Part shown: piece by piece, positions 13,901-29,900 of the stretch
Numbering within the stretch: the first letter of the stretch is position 1
Layout: each line of letters starts with the position of its first letter
From: Bigelowiella natans CCMP2755
Taxonomy: Eukaryota; Protista; Cercozoa
DNA length: 64,000 nt
Assembly (NCBI GenBank): GCA_000320545.1
Contig: ADNK01001191.1
Span: forward strand, 1 to 64,000
Reading direction: 5' to 3'
Translations under genes and position numbers: made by a program
The notes under the pieces: generated by a model
What the model saw: the letters and a program-made list of their open reading frames with translations, nothing else
Databases searched by the model: none
Told to the model about the DNA's origin: nothing

Positions 13901-14358
13901 GGTACGACACCGTCTCTCCATTTATCAAAAATCCGTTTTGCTTTACCGATTCGCAATTATCATAGACAAAATATCTAAAATATATTTTCTAAATGCATTG
14001 CTGAGATTCTTCATACGTCCGATAGGCAATTTGGCTAATGCTTTATCCGATGGATGGGCCTTCTTTCGATATCTTAGTACTAAAAGAATTTCTAGAGTAT
14101 CTGCAGTCTAGAAAAATATTGTAATTATTATTTGGGAGAAAAGTACAGGATAAAAAATAATTGATGAAACATCCTAACAGAACATCTATCAAAACTCCAT
14201 ACAAATCAAGTAGCGAGGAAAATTATCAAGCCTGGAACTTCGTAGACAAATTGATTCACTTTAGAGGTTTATCTTGTAAAATATTTCAGAAGTTCCGTGG
14301 CCGGTGGCTACGAGCACAACCTTCCGGATGACGTAGTAGGGGCTCGCGGCTAGGGAGC
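13900..14358. promoter_or_regulatory. Probable bidirectional promoter between the protease and VPS13 genes
   Basis: Short AT-rich spacer between two divergent 5' ends; positional inference only. Confidence 0.4.
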
Positions 14359-14811
14359 ATGTTCGAAGGCCTTGTAGAGAGGCTCCTGCGGGTCGGTGGC
14401 CCTTTCCGTTGCCATCCTCATTGTATGAGCTCATTTCACTGTGTGATTGATGCAGGAATCCTTCGGTGGAATCTTCGAGCAGATCGGGGACCTCAAGATC
14501 GCCGTATGGAGCGGAAACGTTCGCCTGAGGGATCTGCGGATAAAGAAGACAGCTCTAGGTAACAACCAACTGCTGAGCTAAGCTCACCACACTGGCTCAC
14601 TAATTAACTACGGTCGCAGCCGAGCTGCAGAGCGTCTGGGGGGTAGGATCTGGGGATGACGGCGCGGTAGGAGGCGTGGCTCTGGAAGTGGTAACAGGCC
14701 GCGTCGATTCCCTCATTGTGGAGGTAGCAGTTGCTCCGATTACAATTCTCATAATGTGACAACACTATGCAAGCACGTGTTTGGATTAGGAATTGCCTCC
14801 CCGCCCTTTGC

Positions 14812-14852
<41 letters not shown>

Positions 14853-15195
14853 ATACATGTCACACTGTAGAAAGAACTAGCACAGACGCTCATGAATCAT
14901 TCCCGTGCTCAGGTTCCTTGGCAGGCACTTACCACCAAACGAGTTCGCGTCACCTTCGACGGAGTGCATTTGCTGTGCCGACTGGCTCACACACAAAATC
15001 AAAACAGTACTGAGCGGCAGCAACAGCCTCGAAGCTCCTCGTCCTTTTCCTCCAGCGTTGTGCAACGGATTCAGTTGGAAGCCAAACGACGCCTGCTCAA
15101 GCAAGCAGAGCTGATCTGGCAGCTTCGGTTTCCATTCCCTCTTCCCTTCTTTTCGCCCTATCCCCCCCGTTTCTCCACCAATGTGATCGCCACGA

Positions 15196-15230
<35 letters not shown>

Positions 15231-16237
15231 CTGAATTTATGGTTTTGTTTTTAATGCAAGGGGTGGCACTGAGCTTCCGGGGGTGTCTAGGAAAAGTAGC
15301 AAAAGCATCAAAGAGCGCATGTTCGCATCCGTCGTGGCCAACCTCCATGTGTCGCTAAAGTATACATTTTGTCTGAGGATATTGTATATACATTTACATA
15401 ATATATATATATATATATATATATAAATATATATACAAGCTTTTGTTGTGAAGTTCGTTCGGCTCTGGTCCTTCCCCTCTGCCCCCCCCCTTTTCGACTT
15501 TTCCGTATGCTATATAGCTTCAGTTTTTTTAGTGAGTAGCAGTCGGGTAGCTGGTGTACACTGCGTGTTGTGAGGAGCTATTGAACAACACTCTAGGAAC
15601 ATGCATCTTCGCTTCGAGCACGTGTTACTGCCCCCTCCATCGGGCCACCCTTCCTCCTCTCCCTCCTTCAATGCCTCCAACTCTTGCCCGCATGGATCCA
15701 TGGCATTACCGCAAATCGTTTGCGGGATAACGCTCCACGAGGCGCGCTGGTATAGCACAGACTCGAAAGGTGCTGCAAACAGAGCAAGAGCGAAGCTAGT
15801 GCGATTGCATCATCGGGAGAGTTGTGCCATGATTTTTTGGGTTTCCGTTGCTGGCCGTTCGTGGTTTCTAGTTTTCGAGTGTGGTTCTCTCTATCCAGCC
15901 CCTGATTTTGGAATTTGCGACTTCATCAGCAGCCACGTCGCCGTAAATCTACTCTTTCATCTAATCATTCAATTTGCTCCTTCCACGTCATCGTCGTTCA
16001 TTTGCCATTTGTCTCATCATCTCACTAGCTTCTCTAATTCTGGTTTATTTTCTCTGTGTACTTCCTTATTAATTACCAGGGAATCCTTGCATTGTGGATC
16101 CAGGAGATAACGACACGCGCACTAGAGATACCACACAGAATGCGCTGGTCATAACCAAAACTACGAAAAACAGATAATATACATACATAGATACACTTTT
16201 AATAATCCACACACACACACACACACACACGCGCACA

Positions 16238-16290
<53 letters not shown>

Positions 16291-17905
16291 ATATATATAT
16301 AGTTAGTACGTATATAAACGGCTGTTTGCAATCTCCACCGCCGCTCCGCTTGTTTTTGGTCGCGTCCTTTATCCCCGCCCTAGGTGTTGAATGGCCTTGG
16401 AATGTACTGGAGGTCGCCTCCCCTCACAAATAAAAATTTGAATGCTAGCGACGAGCGTAAGGAAGAGAGGAACGAAGACGATTGCAACAACACCACCGAA
16501 CTGTGGTCGCTGCTTCCTCCCTCGGAACAACTTCGGTTGCTACGCTCCTCTCTCTCTCCGGATACCAACGAGCGCAGGCTGGGGGATGACTACATAATCT
16601 CGCCTTTCCACTGTGTCGTGGCCATCAAAACGACAGGCTCTCAGGGGGCAAGGTGTGGTGCACAATGTATTGTCGATCGATCTCCTAGAGGAGTGAAAAG
16701 AACATGCGCCAACGCGCACCAATGACACACACATGTACAACACATGTTCGTTCTGCTGTTTATATATCGACTAACATTGCTCCTCCTCTCGCCTTTCTCC
16801 CTGATGCCTTTCCCATGGGCCTTCAAATCCGGTACTGGTTGCCCCCCCCCGCTGCGGTAACACACACGACAACGAAAACGACAGGCTACTCACTCCTGAG
16901 CGACACGCACGCACCACTATTCACGGACTCAAAATTCGCCTTACTGCCGATCAGGTGATACCTATTTGAAATACACACAACCACATCCTTTGCGTGCAGA
17001 AAATGCGCAGAAATCTGAGTAGAAGGAATGGGCTTATACCTACGAGTAGTGCGTTTTTTTATCTTGAGTGTCGTTGCTACTGCTGCTGTTTCTTCCGCGC
17101 GCGCTGTGGTTGTGATTGCGTTTATGCGGCGAAGGTGTTGGGACTTACCCAGGCGTGCAATTGCCTGAACATCGCCACCACACGGCAGAGGATTGCGGAG
17201 GTATATGAATACAGGATTCCACCACTGGACTTTCTTTGTGAAAGTCAATGTATGACTATAGGGATAATATGATGATGTGAGCGACAAAAGTGGTATGTCT
17301 AAAAGATTCTTGATGCCCCCCCTTCCCTTTATTATGCAAATACACGTGGCCGCTCTCTCAAGATATTCCCGCGACGTCCATGTGCACGTGTTGGAGCTGC
17401 TCCGCAGCAGTGGTGGCGTTACGCGTGCGCGTCGATCATCCATATGCGACGGGCATCGCATCAGCGCAAGAGCGGTATATACGGGGGGGCAGAAGGGGGC
17501 GGAGCTGGGGGAGGTGGAGGAGACACATCTATCGTGAGAGGCACGGGAATATTGAAGCCTCGAAGTTATCTATTATCGACATTCTTCCAGCGTTGGAGGT
17601 GAGTAATTCCTGTTGCTGGCATGCCATGGTTTATGCCTAAAATTACAACAATATCAAATGGGAAAAGATGCGGTGCGTCTTCATTAATACACCTTCCCTC
17701 GCACGTGTGTGTGTGTGTGTGTGTGTCTGTGTGTGTGTGTGTGTGTTTGTGTGTGTGTTTTTCCTTTTATAACAGTGGTATGCGACGCTACGTGCCCCTG
17801 TACAAACGATATTTGGCCGAAAGCCACCCGAAAGCACGCTCGTGGGCTAAAGCGCTTTCCGTCATAGAGAAATCGCAGCTTCAAGCCATGGAGGACATAT
17901 TTGAG

Positions 17906-17941
<36 letters not shown>

Positions 17942-20900
17942 CACATTTTGCTGGCTTCTTCCTAGGAGGAAACAGGAGAGGAGAAAGACCAGCTACTTTT
18001 GCGTGTTTTTGCCTTCAGTTCTACTTCCTTCTTCCTCTCTGGCTCTCCTGCTGTAGCATCATCATCATGTTACTGCTGCGGCATCATCATCATCATGTAT
18101 TACATAAACACACCTCATCGATTTGGTGGGAGTCAATATGTCCCAATCTTGTTTGAATTAAGATATGGATTTTCGGGGAAAAGGTTTTAGACACGCTTCG
18201 CTTCCGATTAATCGCGACGTACGAGCTCGAGTTTGAGCTCCACAATAGACGACTAGCGGCCGGCTTGGCGCCAAATGCCCCTTTACCGATGTCGTCGTTG
18301 ACACAACATGCAAGCGAGAATAAGAATGGAAGCACAGGTAGCAGTAGCAACACCAGTTACGCATCGCCGCAATCTTCCCGAAACGACTCGCAATATATCG
18401 AAGATGACGACACCTATGCCGCCGCCGCCGCTGCTGCTGCTTCCTCTAAAAGCAGCACGAATTCGAACCAAAGCACCTTTTCATCATACTATAATGCTTT
18501 CTTCGGTGGTAGTGGTAGTGGTAGTGGTGGTGGCAGCAGCGGTAGCGGCAATAACAACGGGAAGGTTCAGCTAAGACCGCGATCAAACAGCGGATTGAGC
18601 ATTGGGAGTCCACATTATATCAGGTAGAATGTGCTGCCTTGATAACGCGACTGAGTGATGATAAGCCTGGGACAGGGTGCAAGGGGTAATGGGTGTACTG
18701 CTGGGACGAATCCTAGGAAAATATCTACTTTGATTCATCCTTACATTCTGTTCGCAGGTACGAGTCGTCTGGGGTGCCGATTCCATCGGAGTTTTCGATG
18801 TCGATGGAGCAGCGGCGACGGTTGTTTGCTACGATAAACTACAACTCCCTGTTGGCGAAAGTGCTTCCCCTTACCTCCCTCCGCACCCGCATCACGTTAG
18901 CGCTGAACGAGGCGACGCTAGCTCTGGTCGCAGACGACAAACATAGCGATGATGGCAATCGGCAAGCGCATGATGAAAAAGCACAGACACGGAAGGACCG
19001 GAAACAGAAGGGCTGTGCACGAAACTCTCGCGAAATATTGACTGCATGGGCTACGGGCGAGTGTGGATGCTCGTTCTCAAACAATCCCGACGACAAAGAC
19101 TCTGGGTTGGAGCTTACGCTATTAGTCCATGACGCGAAGCTTCGAGAGGGAAGTTTCTCCAACAACAATAGCAGCAATCTGGGAAACAACGGCGGTAATG
19201 CTCGCGCGCGGGGGCATACGCATACGCATACGCAAACGCATACGCACACACAGACACATGCAGATACATGCGCACACAAATAGCACCTTTGTTTGGGAAT
19301 GAATACTGTGAAATCCTGTTGAATCACCATTACAGGCAGCGGGAAAATCAAGCTGCAATGGGAAAGATCTAATACTGACTCCAAACATGGAGAGCACGAA
19401 GGGACCGCAACTGCGACAGCAACAGTAGGCGACGAACAAGAAATGAAAGTGAACGATCGATTCAGTTCCACACCTGATGGAGAAGAGGTCACCGACTCCT
19501 CGAAAACGGCAGTTCTAATTCTGCACGTAAAGCACTGCCTGAACACTCATGATCTTCCCCCACGTCAACCACACGCTGCTGCTGCTGGGAAATCCACATT
19601 CCGCGGCGATAGCCAACTTAATATGGATCGAGACCATCATCATCATCATCATCAGCATCAGCATAATGCTTGCCCTATGAAGAGACCCAGTATCAATCTT
19701 TACCGAACATGGGTAGTGCGAATCAGCGTTATGCCGTTGACGTTGTCAATCTCTTCATCTCTCGCTAAAAGCCTGATGCGCTTCATATCATGCGCCATGA
19801 CAGAGGAGTCATCATCATGTTCATCTCCCTTGCTTTCGTCTTCCACGTTAGCACCACCCTCCCCTGAAGCTAAGACGACTGCCTGGCGGGCGAGGAAGCG
19901 CGAAACTCTGATGCGGCGAGCTGTTGGATGTCATGATATCCGCTTTGACTTCGAGATGGCCAACGCGGCTTTGGAGCTTCTCGACGATAGCAGCAGCAGA
20001 AGCAGCGTGCAACATCCTTCGGTAGAGCAACTGTCATCTCTCGTGAAGTTCCAGTGGAAAGGCATTCATATAGGTCTTCACGACTATCCCCGGCTTTCAG
20101 AAGTGACGCGGCTCGTAGTAGGAATGCCGGTGATGACACGCTACGGATATGGCTACGTGTTTCGCACGGATTCAGCGACCGCTGCCAAAGCAGCTGCTAT
20201 TGCGGGCGACACCAAGAATGATAGCCATCGTGGTGGAAGGAGTGGGAGTAGCAGCAGCAGCAGTAGCAACGCCCATGAAGCTGCTCTAGGAGTTATGATA
20301 TTGGGGAATGGCAGCAGCAGTATGATGGTATTCCAGACAAGAATAGAGCTTCTGAGGTACCAAGACGAGCTGGAGGCTGCAATGCCTGCTGCGACGCGGA
20401 TCGATGCTATCATGAGGCGGAGTGTCGAGATTGGTTTCAAGGCTGCGTGGAGCTCGGTCGGAACTGTGCGAAGGGAGGGAAAGGACGGCTGTACGGTGAG
20501 ACAAGACACTGCCAGATGGCTGTCGTGCCCGTTTCAAACCCGTGCACGATGTCAATTCCTTGTCCCATCCTCGTCTCCCCCACACCTTACTATCGGCATC
20601 ACTGTGACGAAGGAACCTGCCACGAGAAGGCAATCAGCTACAACGACAGCGGATGGCAAGATGCAGGATAATGATGACGATCTCTTGCAAGTTAAAATAT
20701 TGCACTCCTTACTGGATATTCTGGCCGCTCAGGGTATTGTTGGAGCTGATGCAGACGAGGGTGATAAGACCATGGGTAAAAACGACGATGCCGACCAAAA
20801 GGATGGTACTAGCAACAGCGGAACTCTTTCAGGCCAGGATTCGCGTTGCTTGAATCGCCGTAGAGCCCATAATTTCCCTCGATTGTCCTTCAAAGCAGAT

Positions 20901-23900
20901 GTCGATATAGACGCGCCCTTGCAGCTGCAGGTGCCCCACCCCTCCCTCTCTGGGAATAAAGACGAGAGCCAGAAGCATCGACCCCTAGCCTCTTTACATG
21001 CCTCGCGGCTCTATCTGTCTTGTGAACCGCCAGCGCTGCTCTCCAAAATACCCCCAGTGCTACGACGACAGCAGGGCTCGTCGTCGCCATTGAGGTCGGA
21101 GCAGTACCATGGTCATCCTCTGATGAGTACCTCCTCCTTTCGGCTCCAGGGCTTCGTTTCGAATTGCAGCGTTCTGGACGACCGCTTGAATTACAGACAT
21201 GGCACCGCTGCTGCTGCTGCTGCTGCTGGTGGTACTGCTGAGACTGCGAACGACAGCGGCGACGACATGTTTGAACACTCGCCCCTGCTTGAGGAATGCT
21301 CTAAGATTTCCTTTAGGTACGAGCTGCTGTCACAGCCGGACGATGGCAAAGCAGCTAGGCTGGCACAGGAGAACAAATCAACGCTGGGAATGGCATCAAG
21401 ACAAAGACAAACACGGGGTGTAAGGAAACTGCATATTATGATCGGGGAGTCAGCCGAGATGGCACCGACCATAATTAACTGGCGTGAGGAGTCTATGCGG
21501 CAGATATGGTGCTGGATTGCATCACCCCCTGATACCGACAGGGATTTATCGGTTGATGAACACATTTCAATATCCGCCCCAAACTCCGTTCGACTCCTCC
21601 TATGCAAGCCTACCTGCCGTTCTGTATCACCGACATTGCAGTCATCACCAACGGTGCTGTCGTCGTCGCCATCAGAAGCTGAATTGCCTCGAGGAGGCGG
21701 CATAGGGATTAGGAAGAAGGAAAGGATCGCAGGAATTTTGGAGGTGTGTCATCATGCCTCACAGTATTCTCATCACCTGCCTCCCCCCCCCACCTTCCCG
21801 TTCATATTGCGATTCTAAGATTGGTGTTGTTCACATGGTAATGCGGGCCAAAGCTCATCCGCGTTTTGGAACAACAACACATTACATGACATATTTTCAC
21901 GTGACATATTTCTAGGTTTCAGGAGTCGATTGCACAAACGTTCAGGATGCAAAGCTCAATCGGTGGGTGGCGCAAATCCGACATGCCCGACTTTCTCTAC
22001 CGACTCAGCATGATGAGAGGTCGCCTGTACAATGGCCACTAATGGAGACAGCGAGCAAGGGGGGAAAAGGGATCGAGGTTATCTTCCAATCTGCCGTGGG
22101 AATAAAAGGGCCGCAGATTGTACACGTGGCTGTGGCATGCAATGAAGAACTGAATGCGTGCTATCTGCACCAACAGGCACGGCATCGATTTTCCAAATAC
22201 AGACACGAGCAATGACACACGAAATATAAGGAGCAAATCAACAACTTCAGCACTTGACTTTCTCGTATTTTGCAAATGTAGTACATGCACACTGCGTACG
22301 CTAACAGCCTCCACCACCATTGAAAACATCAACCATGAAGGAAACTCAAGCTTTGCCAACAACCAATAGGTGCTCGAGCTGCAAGACTACCTTGAGTGGG
22401 CGGTGTTCTCTGTCTTCGCCCCTGAGCCAAGGCCATCGTACAAGGACACAGTTGACATACAGTTTGAGTTCCGAAAAGGCGCAACGATTATGCTGCCAGT
22501 ATCAAAGCAGTCTCTACATACTGGACTTTCCGTGTTCGTTCCACGTGCCTATATTCGTAGCACCAATGGCGGCCAGATGTTACTCGACGGAGGGGCTACC
22601 AAATGCCGTCGTTTCGTACCCGGTCGTAGTATTCATCCAAAGGATACTGAAGCGAAACGGGAAGAGGACGTTGATGGAGACGATAAGAAGAGGAAGAGGG
22701 AGAGCCTTGATCTTTGGTGCGACAACATAACCGTGCACCATGTTACCTCTTCTCGCCCTTCCTCCGATTCAACCTCCCTTCCCGAGCCATCGCTCCAAAA
22801 ATACCCTTCCTCGAATCATATGGAGAGGGAAGAGGACAAGGGACAGCGAGAGCTTGTGGCGAGGGGTATTCAGATTGCAGGCAGGATAACCTTGCCCGCT
22901 GATAACGATGACAATGAAGAGGAAAAGGAACTGTTGCTCCAGCTTGATTTACATGGAAATTCCACGTCATCGTCACAACGTCCATCATCATCATCATCAT
23001 CACCACCACCAACACCAACGAAGACACAAGCAACGACAGCAGCTATTCGTTCGCTGGTGACCCCTCACCTCCTAGAATGCATCTTGCGAGTGGCCGACTC
23101 AAATTTTGATGCGGCCCCCGGTTTTCCGCACGAACTTCGAGACTCAATATTTCGCTACCACAACCCCCATGTCGTCCCCGCAGCGCTGAAGATCAACGTA
23201 AAAACCCGGTGTCCCATCTTTGTCGCAGGTCTGCTTAGAATCCTCGCCGCCCGCGCTACACTCTGAGTGCGCTCCTGGTTTACTTTGATTGACTATTACT
23301 TTGATTGATAACCAGGTGTTTCAAGGCTAAATGGGCCTTCTGGGGTGGCAGAGCTGCGTGGGGCTAGCATTGCGTTTGCTGTCCCCAAACCGCATCACTC
23401 CACCGTTAAGGTCACTGTTCAGACCTTACGTCTCGGATCAACCCTCTCGACCGATCTCACGTGGGATGATCACTATGACGCGAAACAGCGTTTCAGAACA
23501 AGCCCCCCCTCCCTCTTTTCAACATCACCCGTGCGAGGAGAGGGAGGGGAGAGGTCATCATCGAGTGTACTCTTTGAGCGAGAGCGCCATCCAGACAGCG
23601 AGCGCCTTTCTCTGTCGCTCAGCCGCATCAGCGTTGACCTCGGTCTGGACGTGGAATTGTGGCCCCGGATATCCGCGTTTGCCGCAGAGTCGTTACGGCG
23701 TGTTAGAAGGGCGACTATCGTCCCCCCGCCTCCTCTCACGGAGATGCGCCTCCGATGGAAGCATTGCAACCTTTTATTTTTCATTGGTGAAGATGGCGAA
23801 GTAGTAAGCTGTGATCCTCGTTTGTATTCGAGGACTGCAGTTCCGACATCTACCACCTCTTTGGCCACTGGTACTCGTGAACATAGCACGGCAGGTTCAG

Positions 23901-26900
23901 TAACACGGTTTGCGAAAGGTACGGAGAATGGCGATGAGAAGAGTGAGAGGAAAAACGAGGAATACGATGTGGGATATGAACAGGATGATGCAGCTGCAGC
24001 AGCCAGTGCGAACCTGGCAGGGATACTGTTGGAGTTTGACAAGGCCGATGGTGCTATTATTATCCACCGCAACGGAAAGAACAACATTGCCAAACAGACA
24101 ATGCAGGCGGGAATCGAAGAGGGTAAAGATGAAAAGAGGGGGAGGAGGGGCAAGAAAAATACCACTTCGGACTTTACCGAAACGAATAAGAGTGGCGGAA
24201 TGGGGGAGGGGGAGATAGAAGAGGAGGAAAACAAACTTCGCCTCGATTCCTTTAGATTTTGGTCCTGCTCTCGAAATCACAGCTTCAAGGAGTATTCAGA
24301 TTTACAACAGCAGTCTTATTACTCACGGTTTTGCCAGCCTCGAAAGTACATGAGGCGATATCCTTTATCAAACCGCTCATCTTTCCACTTTGCGGCATTC
24401 ACCAATAACTTGCCCCGTGCTATTAATTCGGGTTCAAAGGTATTGAATAAAACAACCTAATAGGGAAGGGTGAGAGTATTGCACGATTGGCATGATTGGC
24501 CGCACTGATCCTGTAGGTCTTAAATGGGTTATTCCACTTAACATATTTTTGAATGGAGTGAGAGTAATCTTGATACCTACTACCTTTCGTTTGCTGCATC
24601 GGAGTGCGCGCATCTGAATAAACCATACTGAGGTTTAGTGTTGAGTTCAAAACTATATGTTTCTGCAGATCGTGATATCGGCAGAGGACAATAAGCTCAG
24701 TAGATCCCCGCAAAAGGGAACAAAGGCAGGTTCAGCCACGTCGTCCATGCCTTCTTCTAGCAAACCGGCTGCAGCTTCCGCTGCCACAACAAGCAGCGCG
24801 AAATATGTCATGAAAGGCTTCTTATCCCCATTCCACGTAAACGTCTCCCACTGTGACCTGGAGCTGATTTCAAGCATAGGTGTTGAGATGAAACAACAGC
24901 TTCATAGTTTTACCCGAAATTCCCGGCATTTCAGCAGTGGGATTGGAGAGCTCATGGAGAAAGAAAGGAAAGAGGATGGTGACAGAATTCGACGAAAAGA
25001 ATTCCATTTTACGTGTTCGCAGGCAACCGCAACTCTTCTCCATGGGAGACAAGGTATGCGTGCATGCGTGCATGCACGCGCGTGTGTGTGTGTATGTGTG
25101 ATGGTCAGAGAGGGGGATTTTGGGCGGTAATATACCATTTACATTTCATATTTTATTCGGTCCGTAAGATTCTAATCTGTCGGATAGAATACCATGCGTG
25201 TTTTAGGTTTCAGATGCACAGATAATGTATATTTTACTCATATGCGTAACTTCTCTCCCCTTTTGGGCCATGTTATTCAAGGCTACCAAACCCCTCTGAT
25301 TCGAGCCCAGCTTTCAAGCCTAAAATGCCACGTCCGTGTTGCTTCTGCGCAAAAAGGCGTTGCAGGAGATACTGAAAAAAAGCGTAGACAAAGCAGTAGC
25401 AGTGACGGCGGTGATGGCAGCAACATCAATACCCAAAGCTCAGAGCAATTCGCGGCGAGTGTGAAGGCGCAGGTGTATGCCTATTCCCCTTCACAGCCAT
25501 CCTCTCCTTTTAGTGCGTATTCTCCTTCAACTTCTCGAGCGTCTTCGTCATCGCCTACATGGTGGACTTTTGCTGCCTCTCGGCGCGCATGTATCCCTGT
25601 GTTTAGGGAGCCGCTCGAGCTACTGATTGCGAGCCATGCAAGGAGATGCGGCAACAACGGCGAAGAAAGCGATGCAGATGGAGGCCGAGAGCTAAGAAAT
25701 GATAGCGATCAAACAATGGCGGTGCAGATTATTGTGAGGAAGCCACTTCGTATAAATATGAGCCCGGATATCTTTGCAGCGGTGCTCAGTGCACACTGGC
25801 AGCTATCATCGTCTTCATGGAGGCATAGCAGAGATGGCGCCGATGAGGAGGAAGAAGAAGAGTATTCAACGCAATGGGAACCAGGAGTGAAATCTGATTA
25901 TCAAGGCTGCAGAACCACATACGTCGTCAACGAGACAGCCGATTCGCTGGCGTTTGGTATGATCTTCGACGGCAATCTCCTCTCTGGGAGCAGCCTCCCG
26001 TTGTCGGAGCGGCATTCCGCACCTGACTTCATGAAAATCGGATGTATCAATGGCCAGGAACACGTGAGAAGATGGATGGAAATGAGCGGAAGTTATGGGG
26101 AGGACGACAATCGTACTGGACGCACGTTAATCGACAAAGGGGATAATGGAAATGTAGTTTTGTGGAGTCAGCTTGCCCCCCATTCTAAGACGAATGTGCC
26201 CTTTTTCGCCGTGCTACAGAGCTGGCGTCGGCTGCTACTTTTAGCCGAGCATTCTCATAAAAATACGACAGAAGGGGCGTGGGTGAAAAATCATGCTGAT
26301 TCTCTGCTAAATCCATCGTTTGTACTCAAAGTAGGAGAGTTCAATAGCGGTAACAACGGTAGAAGTAGCTGTAGTGGCAGTGCAGGGTTAAAGAATGGTG
26401 ATGAGCAGAAATGGCAGCCGATCTTCTGCAAGCTAAAGCTACAGAACAAACGAAAGAGGCCAGCCTCCTCCTCATCCTCGTCGTCGCTTCCGTCATTATC
26501 AACCCCCTCCACCAAGCCGCTGCTCAGCCGCTACTTCGTGCGAAATCGAGGGTTTGCGCAGGGCGCAGCAACTATCCTATTCGGTTGCGGCAGTAGCAAA
26601 GATAGTGCTTCCGACCAGCAGCTACTGATAACTTCCATCGTCCGCGTGCACAATGCATGCCTCGAAACGGTCGTTATCGAATTCAGCTACGGAAGGGCAG
26701 GTTTTGGCGATAGAGTGCTTTTAAAAGTGCGGCCAGGGGAGACATCCGCGCTTCCATGCCGTGGTGTGATTAAGACGTGGGTGAAAGTACGTGTGCGAAG
26801 AAGCGGTGATGCCGATGGCAGTGCAGAGAGCTCCAAGGATAAACTCTCATCCAAGAGGTTGGAAGAACATCTATGGTTTCTACTCGTTTCTTCATCTTAA

Positions 26901-29900
26901 TTGTAGCCTCGATGCACGTGTATTTGTGTGTCTATATTTGTGTGTGCCTATGTGCATGTGTGTGTACGTGTGTGTGTTTTCGTGCATTGCGCCAGTGAGC
27001 TGCATCATTCTTTCTCCTCGCTTTTCCATTTCAACTATGAAGTTGCCTAATCGGTGCTGCTCCTTAGTCATTGGGCGTGGTCAAATTACTTGCTCCGCTC
27101 CAAAATTCTGGCCAAAAAAAGGTTGTCAATGACTTTCACGGATAGGCGAGTACTTCGTACGCGCACTTAAATTATACATGTGTGTATTTGTGTGTGTGTG
27201 TGTGTGTGTGTATGTGTGTTTGTGCTTGGAAAACTCTGCATAAAAGAAGACGAGATCAATGCAAAATTATTTTCATCGAATAAAATACACATATAAACAC
27301 ATGCTGTAATAATATATACATGCACACTTTCATCATGGGATGGTTTCCATATGGTATCTCATGCCCCAATAGGATCTATGAGAAAACATCACGGGGGAAA
27401 CAAAGGCCAACATCAGAGAAAATGGCGAAATGGCTTCTTACATCAGAGCTAGAATCGAGTCGGAAAACTGCCTCTAAACCTCAATCCTCCAGCTTTTCGT
27501 GTGCGTTTTCGTATGCAGCCTTGAATGGATATGAACTCCTCAAACTTACTCCGGTGTTCTACATCCACAACGCCGCACCAAACTCGGTGCTCAATGTCGC
27601 AATCGCTTCTGAGAGGACCCGTGCGTGTGGAGAGAGAGGTTTGACTTTACAGCGAAGAGCTTGTATCCAGCCGGGAACAGCACTTCCTGTTTCGTTGGCC
27701 GGACTCACGGTAACCTTTGTTTAGGAAGAAAACAACCCATCGATTGGTGCCGATTCCCGCATGTGTCTTAATTTACTCTGAATCTTGCCTTTTTTTTGTG
27801 TAATGTACGTTTTGAATGCTACTTCTCAACCGCTGAATTTCCCGAATATATTGCAGTGTTGAATCCATTTTTGGTCGTCGTGACCTGTGCCATCCCCTGT
27901 GATATTTAGGATTGTGTAAAAAGCAAAATCACTACGGCCGATACCTCGACGTCTTCTTCCCCAAACCCTTCTCATCCTCCCTCTCCTCCCCGTCTTTGGA
28001 TGACCTTTCGATTCCGCGACACGGTGTGGAGTCCGTGGGAGTTTTTGTCACCGGTAACATCGCTCTCGTCCACACGCTCTCCTCCCGCCGGCGACGACGT
28101 TGTCAATAGGACTAAATACCTCAGTCTCCCAAAAATACGACCTCCAGATATTACTCTCCACAACTTCGAAGCACGGTCCAAAGCTGCCCGGGCCGCAAAA
28201 CTTAACGAGATATATCGACGGCTGAAAGCAAGGATAGGCCGTGCAAAACACGCTGTTGCAACAGCCGCCGCTGCTACTTCCACCCCCTCCTCTTCCGCCT
28301 CCTCTCCTGCACAGAGAGAACAAGGCAGCGTGGGAAAATCAGGGGGAATAGTTGGTCGCGATAGAAGCCGCGCCAGAGCGGAGCTGGTTGCGGCTCGGGC
28401 TGCACAGGCCGAACTTGAAGAGGCAGCACAAGCGCTTCGTAGCTTTGAAGGTCTGCCACTGTGGAGTGGGGAAGAAAATGGAGGTGGGAGCGACACCTGC
28501 GATCTCAAAATCCCCTCCCCTCCCCCTTCAGACCTACTTCTTGCAAGGATGGTCAATACCTCTGGGCATGTTTACATCGGGGGGTCGCACTACATAGTGG
28601 ATGAGACGTGCCATAATCTCTACTTCATGCTTACCCCTCGGCAGCAGGAGAGTGTGTTTGACGATGAAAAGGATGGGGGCGACAGGTGGTCTGGGATGTG
28701 GTGCGGTGGGCCTCCAACCACAGCTGATTCTGATTGCGAAGGCGGGCACGTTCCTCAGAAGGATTCGACTGTTGATAGAGGGGGGAGGGACGTTAGGAGT
28801 AAGATACATCGGTACCACAACCACAGCAGAAGCAGCAGCAGCAGCAGCATTAGCATTAACCCAAAAAGATCCCAAGCCTATCTAATGTCGCTCTCTAAGC
28901 ATGATAATGATAATAGTGCCGGCAGCCGCATCAGCCACGGTAATAGCAATGCCACACGGCTGCATGTCCGTATGGGACGGAGGTACACAGGCAGCATGGT
29001 GATACAAGACGATGTGATCTCTTCCCTGTCTTCTTCCTCCTCGTCGTCGTCCTCCTCCTCCTCCTCCTTCCCCTCACCGCCCTCGTCATATATCTTCCTC
29101 ACACTCAAGGAGAACCCTCTAGACAGCGTTGGCATTGTCCTCGTGCTGGAGATTTCCGCTAGTGAAGCTCATGCGAGCAGGATTTCTCCCCCCTCGTCCT
29201 TCTCGTCCTCCTCGCCCTCCCCCTTCGCGTTACAAATGGTTGACGAGGGGAAAGGGGAGGGGGGGGGAGCTCCTGTTCGTCCCACTGCAACGATCGCTTC
29301 TCGGTTTCTCACTTTGCGCGTGCACGCTCGGCACAGCGTTGAGAACCTTCTTGGTGCCGCCCTGTGGGTGTCGGCCGTCACCCGTATGGAACACAGGGAG
29401 ATCTACGTTGCTGCCGGCGAGTATGTACTTGTTGTTATGTCGTTCTTCGCTGCACACTTCGATTTTTCATGACTCTCACGACTTGTAACAGCAATAATAA
29501 ATAATCGTCGATATCGACATATTTCAGGTACAAGAAGCTGTTGCTGGAGGTAACCTCCATATCGAGCGATCCTCCCCTCCTTCTCCGTCTCTACGACAAG
29601 AACAACGGCTCCAAGCAGCACAAGGCGTCACCAGCAGTTGCGCAAATACCGTGTCGCATTTCCTGCCGATATCCTTTGATGATAGGGCCTAATGTGTTAG
29701 CGCGTGTTAGAGTGAGTTTGGGTAGAGGGAGGGTGCATGTGTGCGTGAGGAGGGAAGAGGAAGGCGATGCGTATCCTTTGATAAAGCTCAAGAACGACAC
29801 GAACTTCGCTGTTGGGTAGTGAATTCAATAGATCTTGATGACACAACTCGATTCTGCTACTATGGTATACCTGCCGGAAACGTTAGGACAGCATGTTCTT

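Noticed and set aside
14360-17540. Possible separate minus-strand gene suggested by ORFs such as 16886-17461
   Set aside because: The plus strand carries the VPS13 Chorein-N exons; the minus-strand ORFs show no motif.
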